Position numbers and translations under genes: made by a program. A stretch of 32,000 nucleotides of DNA. Source: Acaryochloris marina MBIC11017 (GTDB taxonomy: Bacteria > Cyanobacteriota > Cyanobacteriia > Thermosynechococcales > Thermosynechococcaceae). The notes below the pieces were generated by a model that made no database searches, was not told where the DNA came from, and was given only the letters and a program-made list of their open reading frames with translations. Positions 16,034-25,404 of the stretch are shown piece after piece (the first letter of the stretch is position 1; the number at the start of each line of letters is the position of its first letter). The stretch lies in assembly GCF_000018105.1 (NCBI RefSeq), contig NC_009925.1:2820001-2852000 (forward strand), read 5' to 3'.

Positions 16034-19000
16034 ATGACCAATCCAGCTAATCTCCAACAATCTAGTGATGTTATAAGTTCAGATCTGGATCATGATAAAA
16101 ACTCTGATATTAAATTTTCATCTAGCAATACAGCGGCTGCTTCAAACAACAGAAAAGAAGATAACCATCTCTCTAAAGCTGGCATAAAACCATCACAATT
16201 TTCTATTGAAGCATTAGAATCTTTATCAACTGAAGGAGTCAGCTTTCAGCAAGGCGATAGCGTTGAACAATATCGTTTTGAACAGTATCTGAGCAGTAAG
16301 ACATTTTCTCTATCTCCAAATCTGACCTCTCTCCTGACCCCTACCAAGCAACAAGCAAGCTGTTCCAAATGTGGTCAAGTCGGATGCGCATGTTCTTCAA
16401 ACCAGGCCCAGCCAAACCAGCAAGACAACAATCCTGCATCCAGTGGACACAACCACTATCATGGCAGTACTTCACATACCCATGGATTAGAGGGAGATTT
16501 CCCTGTATGGAATACGGCTGGCACTTCAGCTAGTAACGCTCCATCTTCTTCTTTAGCTGTTGGCAACACGTTTCGGCTCCACAGCAATCCTAATGCACAA
16601 CACACCATTTATTTAGACTTTGACGGACATACGACATCCGGTACATGGTGGAATAATGGAGGTACCATCCGATCCTCAGCGTATGATCGAGATGGAAATA
16701 GTTCATCCTTTAGTACGAGTGAATTATTAGAAATTCAGTCTATTTGGCAGCAAGTTGCTGAAGATTTTGCCCCTTTCAATGTCAACGTCACGACCCAAGA
16801 TCCAGGTGCTGCAGCCTTAAGCAAAACCAGTAGCAGCGACCGTCAATGGGGCGTTCGCGTTCTATTCACTGACAATCGTAACGATCTAGATGGCAGTGCC
16901 ATAGCCGCCGGAGCCGGAGGAGTAGCCTATATTGGAAGTTTCAACCGGAATGTAGACCAGCCTGTTTTTGTCTTTAATAAAGGAGCTAGAGCTGCTGCCG
17001 TCACTGCCAGTCATGAGGTAGGGCATAGCTTATACCTCAGCCATGATGGTATCAGCGGTCAGACTGACTACCACCCTGGCCATGGGAATGGTGCCACCAG
17101 CTGGGGAAGCATTATGGGTGCGCCTTTTCAGGAAAGCCTCACACAATGGAGTAAGGGAGATTACTACAACGCCAGTAATAAAGAAGACGATCTTGCTCTG
17201 ATCACCACTAGGAATGGTTTTGGTTACCGATCCGATGACCATGGTAATAGCCAAGGTAATGCTTCAGCATTATCCCTAAATAATGCCGGTCAAATGAGTG
17301 CATTCGGCACTATCGAAAGGAATACAGATGTTGACTATTTTTCCTTCACGATAGGAACAGGCGACGTTTCCTTTACAATTACTCCTACATCCAAAGCCTT
17401 CGTTGGGAATGGTAGCGGTGGCTATGCCACTGAATATTTAGATGCTCAAGGCGCTAACCTCGATATCTGGGCAGGACTATACAACTCCAATGGCACGTTG
17501 TTAGCATCTTCTAACCCGAGCAATCTATTAACCGCAAGTTTAGACTTGTCCTTGACTGCAGGAACTTACTTTATCCGCATTGATGGTGTGGGCAAAGATA
17601 ATCCCTTAGTCAGTGGATCACAAGGCTATTCTGATTATGGCAGTTTGGGCCAGTATTCCATCCTTGGAAGTGTTGAATCACTTGATTCGAGAGTCATTGA
17701 AGGGTCAGGGACTGCCTCATTACTCACGACAGCGGTTGGGTATCAAATTCAAGGGCAAGGAGAAACGGCTCAGTTTGTTCGGTTGAATGGAAATGTGGTC
17801 AGCGAAAACACCTTCTCTGGATGGTCTGCGATTGGTGTAGAAAAATTAGGGCAAGGCTTTCAACTACTGTGGAAAAATGTTGATGGCCGCTATTTAGACT
17901 GGCGGGTAGATGCGAAGGGTACATATCAAAGCTCTCAAAGTATCAGTCAAACAGAACTCACCAACTTAGAGACCACTTTCCTGCAAGATCTAAATGGCGA
18001 TACACAGGTGGGGTGGGCTTCAACTGCGATAGAAGCAGTGGGGACTGCCTCATTACTCACGACAGCGGTTGGGTATCAAATTCAAGGGCAAGGAGAAACG
18101 GCTCAGTTTGTCCGGTTGAATGGAAATGTGGTCAGCGAAAACACCTTCTCTGGATGGTCTGCGATTGGTGTAGAAAAATTAGGGCAAGGCTTTCAACTAC
18201 TGTGGAAAAATATTGATGGCCGCTATTTAAGCTGGCGGGTAGATGCGAAGGGTACATATCAGAGCTCTCAAAGTATCAGTCAAACAGAACTCACCAACTT
18301 AGAGACCACTTTCCTGCAAGATCTAAATGGCGATACACAGATGGGGTGGGCTTCAACTGCGATAGAAGCAGTGGGGACTGCCTCATTACTCACGACAGCG
18401 GTTGGGTATCAAATTCAAGGACAAGGAGAAATGGCTCAGTTTGTCCGGTTGAATGGAAATGTGGTCAGCGAAAACACCTTCTCTGGATGGTCTGCGATTG
18501 GTGTAGAAAAATTAGGGCAAGGCTTTCAACTACTGTGGAAAAATGTTGATGGCCGCTATTTAAGCTGGCGGGTAGATGCGAAGGGTACATATCAGAGCTC
18601 TCAAAGTATCAGTCAAACAGAACTCACCAACTTAGAGACCACTTTCCTGCAAGATCTAAATGGTGACCAGAGAATTGAGCAAGCTGCTCCCGCTTCTAAT
18701 TTAAGACACAATGATTTGTTGTTAGGTGGACCTAGTAATCAGATGCTGGTGGGGAGTGCTAGGAATGATTTTCTAATACAAGAGGACAGCTCAAATCCAT
18801 TTATTTTGCTGAATATCACGGATGGTATTGATACGATTACTAACTTTATACCTGGTAAAGATTTGATTCAGATTTCTGCTACAGATTTGGGCTGGGATGT
18901 TGGGGGTGATATACATTTAGCGAGTGAACAATTTGGATTAGGGGTTGGCGCAACCACTCATCAGCAACGTTTTCTGTATGATCAACTGTCAGGATATTTA

Positions 19001-19102
19001 CGCTATGATGCTGACGGTATAGATAGCATCGCTTCTATCCATATTGCCACTTTTAGCTCAAAGCCTGAGCTGTTTCATCAAGATATTCAACTGGTGCTCT
19101 AA
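16034..19102 (+). CDS. Large secreted multidomain metzincin-like zinc metalloprotease: pro-region, protease, PPC-like domain, three Trp-rich repeats, T1SS-type C-terminal domain
   Basis: 1022 aa. The N-terminus is hydrophilic with no signal peptide. The zinc motif is HEVGHSLYLSHD (His at positions 1/5/11, 17012-17047), preceded by LHSNPNAQHTIYLDFDGH and VAEDFAPFNVNVTT. A pre-peptidase C-terminal-like segment follows (DVDYFSFT...GTYFIRIDGVG...YGSLGQYSILG), then three repeats of about 111 aa. The C-terminus (DTITNFIPGKDLIQISA...FLYDQLSGYLRYDADG) resembles type I secretion target domains. Confidence 0.85.
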   Translation: MTNPANLQQSSDVISSDLDHDKNSDIKFSSSNTAAASNNRKEDNHLSKAGIKPSQFSIEALESLSTEGVSFQQGDSVEQYRFEQYLSSKTFSLSPNLTSLLTPTKQQASCSKCGQVGCACSSNQAQPNQQDNNPASSGHNHYHGSTSHTHGLEGDFPVWNTAGTSASNAPSSSLAVGNTFRLHSNPNAQHTIYLDFDGHTTSGTWWNNGGTIRSSAYDRDGNSSSFSTSELLEIQSIWQQVAEDFAPFNVNVTTQDPGAAALSKTSSSDRQWGVRVLFTDNRNDLDGSAIAAGAGGVAYIGSFNRNVDQPVFVFNKGARAAAVTASHEVGHSLYLSHDGISGQTDYHPGHGNGATSWGSIMGAPFQESLTQWSKGDYYNASNKEDDLALITTRNGFGYRSDDHGNSQGNASALSLNNAGQMSAFGTIERNTDVDYFSFTIGTGDVSFTITPTSKAFVGNGSGGYATEYLDAQGANLDIWAGLYNSNGTLLASSNPSNLLTASLDLSLTAGTYFIRIDGVGKDNPLVSGSQGYSDYGSLGQYSILGSVESLDSRVIEGSGTASLLTTAVGYQIQGQGETAQFVRLNGNVVSENTFSGWSAIGVEKLGQGFQLLWKNVDGRYLDWRVDAKGTYQSSQSISQTELTNLETTFLQDLNGDTQVGWASTAIEAVGTASLLTTAVGYQIQGQGETAQFVRLNGNVVSENTFSGWSAIGVEKLGQGFQLLWKNIDGRYLSWRVDAKGTYQSSQSISQTELTNLETTFLQDLNGDTQMGWASTAIEAVGTASLLTTAVGYQIQGQGEMAQFVRLNGNVVSENTFSGWSAIGVEKLGQGFQLLWKNVDGRYLSWRVDAKGTYQSSQSISQTELTNLETTFLQDLNGDQRIEQAAPASNLRHNDLLLGGPSNQMLVGSARNDFLIQEDSSNPFILLNITDGIDTITNFIPGKDLIQISATDLGWDVGGDIHLASEQFGLGVGATTHQQRFLYDQLSGYLRYDADGIDSIASIHIATFSSKPELFHQDIQLVL
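17696..18669 (+). repeat. In-frame tandem repeat, 333-bp unit x about 2.9 copies, near-identical at DNA level
   Basis: Copies start at 17696, 18029 and 18362 (period exactly 333 bp, 111 codons). The third copy is truncated at 18669. I see only a handful of substitutions between copies, for example GTT/ATT, GAC/AGC, GTG/ATG and ACG/ATG. Confidence 0.95.
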
Positions 19103-19284
19103 GGTGAGCTATTTTCCAGTGGGTTGACAATCCTTACATCATTAAGTACTAAGAAACGCAAATTTCTAAAGAGTCAATCTGGCAACTTGTAACAGTCGTG
19201 CTACCCTGTTGGCAATTCTAATTATCTTGTCTTGGAATTAGCTTTCCCTAGAAGTTCGCCACATTAGTTCGACCAAAGTAATTT

Positions 19285-22200
19285 GTGTACGTAAAACAGC
19301 TAGAGCTTTCTCACTTCAAATCCTTTGGTAGCACCACTGCCATTCCTCTATTGCCAGGATTTACAGTCGTCAGTGGGCCAAATGGATCGGGTAAATCCAA
19401 CTTATTGGATGCCTTATTATTTGCGTTGGGACTAGCGGGATCAAGAGGGATGCGGGCTGAGCGTCTGCCTGATTTGGTGAATCATGCCCAAATTAAGCGG
19501 GGACATGCGATCTCAGAAACCCGAGTCACAGTCACGTTTGAACTCTCCCCCCAAGAGCTGGAAGAGTTAGCAGCAGCAGAAGCCGCTGAGGCAGAAGAAG
19601 CGGAACGACACACCGATACCAGCACCGTATCAGTGATACCAAAACCGGATACGGAAACCAATCTTGCTCCCAATGAATGGCAGGTAACCCGGAAGCTACG
19701 GGTGACCAAACAAGGCACTTATACATCCTCCTATGCCATCAATGGTGAGTCCTGTACCCTCACCCAGCTCCATGAGCAGCTCAATCGCCGTCGGATTTAT
19801 CCCGAGGGCTATAACGTCGTTCTCCAGGGGGACGTCACCAGCATTATTTCCATGAATGCCCGCCAGCGGCGAGAAATTATTGATGAGCTGGCCGGGGTAG
19901 CAAACTTTGATCGGCGCATTAATCAGGCCAAAGACAAACTAGATGCGGTTAAGGAGCAGGAAGAGCGTTCTCGCATCGTTGAGCAGGAACTGAATGATCA
20001 GTGCGAAAGACTCGCCCGCGATCGCATCAAAGCCGAAAAGTACCAGAAACTGCGCACCGAACTGCAATCGAAAGCGGCCTGGGAAGGGGTATTGGCCTGG
20101 CGCGACTTACAAGCTCAGATTGACAAGAAGCAAAAACAGCTGGCCACAGAACAGCAAACCCAAGCCAAGCTGGAGATCGAAGCAACCACCCTCGCCACAG
20201 AACTAGAAGAAATCTCCCAGAAGCTGGAAACCCTCAATGCCCAAGTCAAAGCGTTAGGGGAAGAAGAACATCTCGCCCTCCAAGCTCAAATTGCCACTCA
20301 GGAAGCCGAACTCAAGCAGCTTCAGCGCCAACAGGGGGAGCTAGAACAATCCCAAGAGCAAATTGCCCAATCCATCCAAAATACACAACAGCAACTGCAA
20401 ACGCTCCAGGCCGAGATTCAGCAGGTTGGGGAACAGCGACAAACCTTGGAAACCACAGAAATTCCTCGATTAACCCAAGCTCGTAATCAGGCCCAGGAAG
20501 CTCTGGATACCACCCGACAGCAGGCTCAAGCCATTGCCCAATCCGCCGATGCCTGGATCGAACAGCAGTCCCACCTGAATCAGCAAATTAAAACGGTGCT
20601 GCAAGCCTTGGAACCCCAGCGGGCCGAACAGGCTCAACTGCAAGAGCGGGTCCAGCAGTTAGACCGCCAAAGCGATCTGCAGCAGCAATCGGTAGAGCAA
20701 ATCGCCCAAGAGGTGACGGAAACCCAAGTACAGCTAGAAACAGCAGAAGCTGAGGTCTTGCAACGGCAAGAGCAGGTGCAAGATTGTGCCGGTGCGATCG
20801 CAGAAATCGATCACGACATCAATACCCAACAAGAAACTCAAAATCGGCTGCTGCGGGAACAACAGGAGAAACAGCGTCAGCTTGATAAGCTAGAAGCTCA
20901 AGAACAGGCTCAGCAAGAAGTCCAGGGCACCCATGCCACCCATATTATTCGCAAGGCTAAGTTAGCAGGGGTCCACGGTTTAGTAGCCCAACTGGGGCAA
21001 GTGGATTCTCATTATCAAACCGCCTTAGAAGTCGCAGCAGGCGGTCGCCTCGGCTGCTTAGTGGTCGATGATGACGCTGTTGCCTCCGCCGGAATTGAAC
21101 TGTTAAAGCGGGAGCGGGGTGGGCGAGCTACCTTCTTACCCCTGAATAAAATGCGGCCTCCGAAGGGACTGCCGTCGTTAACCGCCTCGGGAGCCATCGA
21201 TTTTGCCATTGAACTGATCGACTTTGACCCCATCTATGAGCCGATTTTTGCCTATGTGTTTGGCAATACCGTCGTCTTCAAAACCCTAAGTGATGCCCGT
21301 CGCCATATCGGCAAATACCGCATGGTCACCTTAGATGGCGAACTGCTCGAACCCACTGGAGCCATGACGGGCGGCAGCCGCAATCGCCATAACACCCTCC
21401 ATTTTGGGACCGGCGAAGCAGGAGAATCAGCCGCCATTATGGCTTTGAAACAGCGCTTGTCGGAAATTGCCACCCTACTCCAGCCCATTGAAAACAAAAT
21501 CGAGCAGACTCAAGCTAAGTTAGCCAGCAAACATCAAGAGCTGAGTGGCTTACGGCAACAGCATCGTGAAGCTCAGCTCAAAACCGAGCAGTTGCAAAAA
21601 GAACTCAAGGTATTGGCGGATCGCCAAGCCCATCTGGAAAAACAGCGACAAACCTACGGCTCGGACCTCAAGGGTGCACAAGATCGCCTCCAGACCCTAC
21701 AAACTGATCTCCCCCAACAAGAAACTGAATTAGAACAGCTGCGGGAAGCTTTAGAAGAGCTGGAGCAGTCCCAAACCCATGGCGAATGGAAAACCCTGCA
21801 AAACCAGATTCAGGGCCAAGAATCCATTGTGGCTGGACGCGAACAGGCCCTGCGCGAGGTCCAACAACACATTCAAGAGCTAACCAGCCAGCAAGAGCGT
21901 CTGCAAGAGAAACAAGAGCAGGCGGAAGTAACGTTGCAAACCCTACAGACCCAAACTGAAACCCAGGCTACTCAAAAAGCCGAAAATCAGGACCAGCAGC
22001 AGCAAATTGAAGCCACCATCGCCACTTTGCGCACCGAGTTAGCCAAATTAGAAGAGCGCTTAGGGAGTGAGAAACAGGAGCGCGATCGCGTCGAAAAACA
22101 CTTACAAGAGCGCACCGCTGCCCATCAGCAACTCCTCTGGCAAATTCAAAAAACCCAGGATAAACAGCAAGAGCACCAAGACCTCATTCAGCAGCTACAA

Positions 22201-22947
22201 ACCCAGCTGCAAGCCAAAGCAACAGAACTCCCCGATCCCTTACCGGAAATTCCTGAGGACCTAACCCTAGAGCAGCTGCGCGAGGAATTGCAAAAGCTGC
22301 AAAAGCGCCTCCAGGCCATGGAGCCAGTAAATATGCTGGCCATCGAAGAGTATGAGCGGACCCAAGAACGCCTGGTTGAGTTAACCGAAAAACTGACCAC
22401 CCTAGAATCTGAGCGCACGGAACTCCTGCTGCGCATTGAGAACTTCCGTACCTTACGCTATCAATCCTTTCGCGAAGCCTACGATGCCATTGACGTCAAT
22501 TTCCAGAGTATCTTCGCTGAACTCTCCGATGGAGATGGGCATTTACAGCTAGACAACCCCGAAGATCCCTTCCAGGGCGGCCTCAATCTCGTGGCCCACC
22601 CCAAAGGCAAGCCCGTCCAGCGCTTAGCCTCTATGTCCGGGGGCGAGAAATCTCTGACCGCTCTGAGCTTTATTTTTGCTCTGCAGCGCTATCGGCCGTC
22701 TCCCTTTTATGCCTTTGATGAAGTCGATATGTTTCTAGATGGGGCCAACGTAGAACGTCTGTCCAAAATGATTCAGAAACAGGCCAAGCAGGCCCAATTT
22801 ATTGTGGTCAGCCTCCGTCGTCCCATGATTGAAGCTTCCGATCGCACCATTGGCGTCACCCAGGCTCGCGGCACCCATACTCAAGTGATTGGTATGCAAC
22901 TACGCCCGACGGTGACCGAACCTGCTACCCCTGTAGAAGCCTCATAA
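19285..22947 (+). CDS. smc: Chromosome segregation protein SMC
   Basis: 1220 aa with a GTG start (MYVKQLELSHFKSF). Features are Walker A GPNGSGKSN, long Gln/Glu-rich coiled coils, a central hinge (GVHGLVAQLGQV...ALEVAAGGRL), the signature motif MSGGEKSLTALSF and Walker B FYAFDEVDMFLD. Confidence 0.95.
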   Translation: MYVKQLELSHFKSFGSTTAIPLLPGFTVVSGPNGSGKSNLLDALLFALGLAGSRGMRAERLPDLVNHAQIKRGHAISETRVTVTFELSPQELEELAAAEAAEAEEAERHTDTSTVSVIPKPDTETNLAPNEWQVTRKLRVTKQGTYTSSYAINGESCTLTQLHEQLNRRRIYPEGYNVVLQGDVTSIISMNARQRREIIDELAGVANFDRRINQAKDKLDAVKEQEERSRIVEQELNDQCERLARDRIKAEKYQKLRTELQSKAAWEGVLAWRDLQAQIDKKQKQLATEQQTQAKLEIEATTLATELEEISQKLETLNAQVKALGEEEHLALQAQIATQEAELKQLQRQQGELEQSQEQIAQSIQNTQQQLQTLQAEIQQVGEQRQTLETTEIPRLTQARNQAQEALDTTRQQAQAIAQSADAWIEQQSHLNQQIKTVLQALEPQRAEQAQLQERVQQLDRQSDLQQQSVEQIAQEVTETQVQLETAEAEVLQRQEQVQDCAGAIAEIDHDINTQQETQNRLLREQQEKQRQLDKLEAQEQAQQEVQGTHATHIIRKAKLAGVHGLVAQLGQVDSHYQTALEVAAGGRLGCLVVDDDAVASAGIELLKRERGGRATFLPLNKMRPPKGLPSLTASGAIDFAIELIDFDPIYEPIFAYVFGNTVVFKTLSDARRHIGKYRMVTLDGELLEPTGAMTGGSRNRHNTLHFGTGEAGESAAIMALKQRLSEIATLLQPIENKIEQTQAKLASKHQELSGLRQQHREAQLKTEQLQKELKVLADRQAHLEKQRQTYGSDLKGAQDRLQTLQTDLPQQETELEQLREALEELEQSQTHGEWKTLQNQIQGQESIVAGREQALREVQQHIQELTSQQERLQEKQEQAEVTLQTLQTQTETQATQKAENQDQQQQIEATIATLRTELAKLEERLGSEKQERDRVEKHLQERTAAHQQLLWQIQKTQDKQQEHQDLIQQLQTQLQAKATELPDPLPEIPEDLTLEQLREELQKLQKRLQAMEPVNMLAIEEYERTQERLVELTEKLTTLESERTELLLRIENFRTLRYQSFREAYDAIDVNFQSIFAELSDGDGHLQLDNPEDPFQGGLNLVAHPKGKPVQRLASMSGGEKSLTALSFIFALQRYRPSPFYAFDEVDMFLDGANVERLSKMIQKQAKQAQFIVVSLRRPMIEASDRTIGVTQARGTHTQVIGMQLRPTVTEPATPVEAS

Positions 22948-22968
22948 ATTAGCATTTATTCTAGACGC

Positions 22969-24201
22969 CTATTGCTTCGATGCTTCTGGTTCAATATCTC
23001 GTTCCGTTTTCAGCCAGCGCGTTTGGGGCTGGACAAAAAACTTGAAGTATATCGGCAATTTCCACAGAAGATAGACCGGAATAACAAAGAGCGTCGAGAC
23101 GGGCAAATCTTCTCGTCCAACACTGAACCAGGCTGCACCTAAGGCAAGACTGAGGCAACTACCCATCAAGGTCAACACCAAGAGAGGGAGCCACGAGACG
23201 AGGCCTAGGATCCAGAACAGGCTAGAAAGACTGAACGCTAACAACCACAACAACACTAGCAGGGATAACGGCGGGACCGATAAGTCCAAAGCCAGCATCA
23301 CAAGATCCAGTCGTTTCTGGTGCCATGCTTCCCTTAGCAGCTTAGGAACCTGGGTCAGAATCACCTCTAGATGGCCATGTTCCCAGCGAGAACGCTGGCT
23401 TTGAGCCGCCTGGTTTTGCATCAGCCGTCCGGTGACTCGGCCCGTGGTTATGTAGGTTGGAGTATGACCTGCGATCGCAAGATCGATCGTCAGCTGCATA
23501 TCATCCACACACTTACTGCCCGCCAACGGGGCCTGCTGCAAAATAGTCCAGGGAAAGGCCATCCCCGACCCTGCTAAAACACAGGGATAGCCCAGCTGGG
23601 TAATCCCAACCGACCGCACCCAATTCCGCACCTTAATAGCAAAAACAGAGATGCGATCGGTGATACCACTTTCCGCTCCCACATCCATCAGATAGGTCGC
23701 CTGAATCGGGCACTGTTGCTGCACCACTTGCTGAGCCAATCGGGTAATCGTTCCTGGCATCAACTGACAATCAGCATCAACAATGATAACCACCTCAGGA
23801 GGGTTCGCCTGTATATGCTTCACTGCATAATCTAGGGCATATCCTTTGCCCGGACAGTTCGCATCCTCCCGCTCTAGAACCGTAACCCCACAGGAGCGCG
23901 CGATCGTCGCTGTCTGATCCGAACAATTATCCGCAATAACTATAATTTGAGAGGCCTCTGCAACTTGCTCTAACAATCCATCCAGAGTTGCCCCAATATG
24001 ATCCGCCTCATTATGAGCTGGCACCAGAATATTGAGGCTGAGGGGAGACATCACCTCTTCCTCATCCACCTCCTGATGCCGGATAGTCGCAGCTCCAACT
24101 AAACACTCAATACAAAAGACAAGACTGGGAATGCCAAGGAGTACAGCACTACCCCACAGCAAAATATTACTAAACAGAGAGACCAACCGACTCAACAACA
24201 C
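22969..24201 (-). CDS. Membrane-embedded family 2 glycosyltransferase, processive (synthase) type
   Basis: 410 aa with a GTG start. It has an N-terminal TM, GT2 motifs LNILVPAHNE, VIADNCSD and IIVDADC, a QxxRW motif (QRSRWEHG), and several C-terminal TM helices. It lies directly downstream of, and co-oriented with, the wzc-like gene. Confidence 0.85.
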   Translation of the reverse strand: MLLSRLVSLFSNILLWGSAVLLGIPSLVFCIECLVGAATIRHQEVDEEEVMSPLSLNILVPAHNEADHIGATLDGLLEQVAEASQIIVIADNCSDQTATIARSCGVTVLEREDANCPGKGYALDYAVKHIQANPPEVVIIVDADCQLMPGTITRLAQQVVQQQCPIQATYLMDVGAESGITDRISVFAIKVRNWVRSVGITQLGYPCVLAGSGMAFPWTILQQAPLAGSKCVDDMQLTIDLAIAGHTPTYITTGRVTGRLMQNQAAQSQRSRWEHGHLEVILTQVPKLLREAWHQKRLDLVMLALDLSVPPLSLLVLLWLLAFSLSSLFWILGLVSWLPLLVLTLMGSCLSLALGAAWFSVGREDLPVSTLFVIPVYLLWKLPIYFKFFVQPQTRWLKTERDIEPEASKQ

Positions 24202-24335
24202 AGTAATTTCGCCTTACGCATGAGGACTAACCAGTCTGCTATTGCAGATAAGGCTTATCCCTAGTTTTCCCTGGATGCTCAACCTAATTTTCTCTTATGC
24301 CAAGGACTTGAACACCCGTCAAACCAAGGCATACC

Positions 24336-25404
24336 TTACTGCCGAGGACTGACCCTGAAAATATCAAACTCATCCTCTAATTCTTCTGCATCAAAATAGT
24401 CATCATCAATATATTCTTCCTCAGAGCCGCCACTTGCATCTTCTCCAGAAAAATTAGAAACCAGTCCCAAAATAGGCAACCGCGAAGCCTGGAGATCTTT
24501 CAACATTTTGATCAAACTAGACTGCTGTGTCTTACCAATCCCCACCACCATTAACAATCCATCCGCATTGATCGATAAGAAATTTGCATCTGCATGCCCC
24601 TGAAGATAGGGCGTGTCATAAATGACTAAATCAAACGTACTCTGGAGTTGTTCCATTAAATACTTCATTTGATTGGAGGCCGAAGACTTATTAGCCTTTG
24701 ACCCCGTTTGTCCCGCAGTCAGCAACGACAGGTTCTTCTGATAGGGCACCCGTTGAATCAACTCATTCGGATCCAGGTTGCGATCGATCACATCACTCAA
24801 TCCCTCCGCATTGGGCACACCTAAGCGGGTATGGAGTTGGGGAAACGCCATATTGGCATCTACTAGCAACACCCGTTGTCCCATGCGGGCAGCAGACTGG
24901 GCCAGATAGAGAGCCACGGTGGTCTTGCCATCCCGAGCTGCCACAGAGCTGATCACCAAGGACCGTACAGGGGGTTCGATCGGCAAAAACCGGATCTTGG
25001 TATACAGGGCCTCTGCTGCTTGCAAAAAGGCTTGGTTTTGATGATTCGCCACAGAGGCTTCCCCAAACTCACTACCATTGGGGTTCTTATCGATGGCTTC
25101 AATGGCTTGATTAAACGGTAAACTCCCCAATAAGGGCAACCGAGTTTGATCCGTTAAATCATCAATACTAAAAAAGGCATCTCGGTGTTTCTCTCGCAAG
25201 AGTGCAGCGCCTAACCCTAGCAAAAAACCACCAATCACACCCAAGGCAATTTTTTTAGTCCGACTTTGCTCCGGCAAGACCAAGTTACCCTCATCATCGG
25301 TTCTGAGCTGTGGTTCCGTCGGAATTTGCCAAGGGATTTCTCTTTGCGCAGCTTCAACTTTTAAAGCTTCTCGTTTTAATAACAGCTGATTCAGAGTTGT
25401 AGTA
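24336..25404 (-). pseudogene. 3' fragment of an IS-disrupted Wzc-like polysaccharide co-polymerase / BY-tyrosine kinase gene (TM2 + P-loop kinase domain)
   Basis: The frame is open from the IS junction (TA at 25403-25404) to the stop at 24336. It encodes ...TTTLNQLLLKREALKVEAAQ..., a TM segment (IALGVIGGFLLGLGAALL), Walker A-like SSVAARDGKTTVA, Walker A'/B (VLLVDAN, LVIYDTP) and an acidic Tyr-containing tail (EEEYIDDDYFDAEE). It has no ATG of its own. The ORF track starts it at an internal TTG. Confidence 0.85.

Noticed and set aside
18013-18549. Two nearly identical 67-aa ORFs (18013-18216 and 18346-18549)
   Set aside because: They are the same off-frame reading of repeat copies 2 and 3 inside the metzincin gene, so they are shadows of the tandem repeat.
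17696-18669. The 333-bp near-identical repeats as template/variable repeats of a diversity-generating retroelement
   Set aside because: There is no reverse transcriptase gene in the window. The repeats are in-frame and tandem within one gene. The few differences are not confined to adenine positions of one copy.
19125-19153. Possible sigma70-type promoter for smc (TTGACA, then 17 nt, then TACTAA)
   Set aside because: The -35 is perfect but the -10 matches only 3 of 6 positions. It is too weak to report without transcript-start data.
19482-22436. Several 62-82-aa ORFs inside or antisense to smc (19482-19718, 19532-19726, 19994-20206, 21015-21233, 21252-21497, 21545-21733, 22067-22264, 22188-22436)
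   Set aside because: All lie entirely within the well-supported 1220-aa SMC frame. Their translations are low-complexity Ser/Arg/Pro/Lys strings, as expected from off-frame reading of the Gln/Glu-rich coiled-coil coding sequence.
19285-22947. Possibility that the SMC-like gene belongs to an SMC-based defence system (Wadjet- or Lamassu-type)
   Set aside because: The length, hinge, Walker A/B and signature motifs fit the canonical housekeeping SMC. No partner genes (kleisin-like, nuclease or JetABCD-like) flank it. The neighbours are the metzincin island and a convergent GT2.
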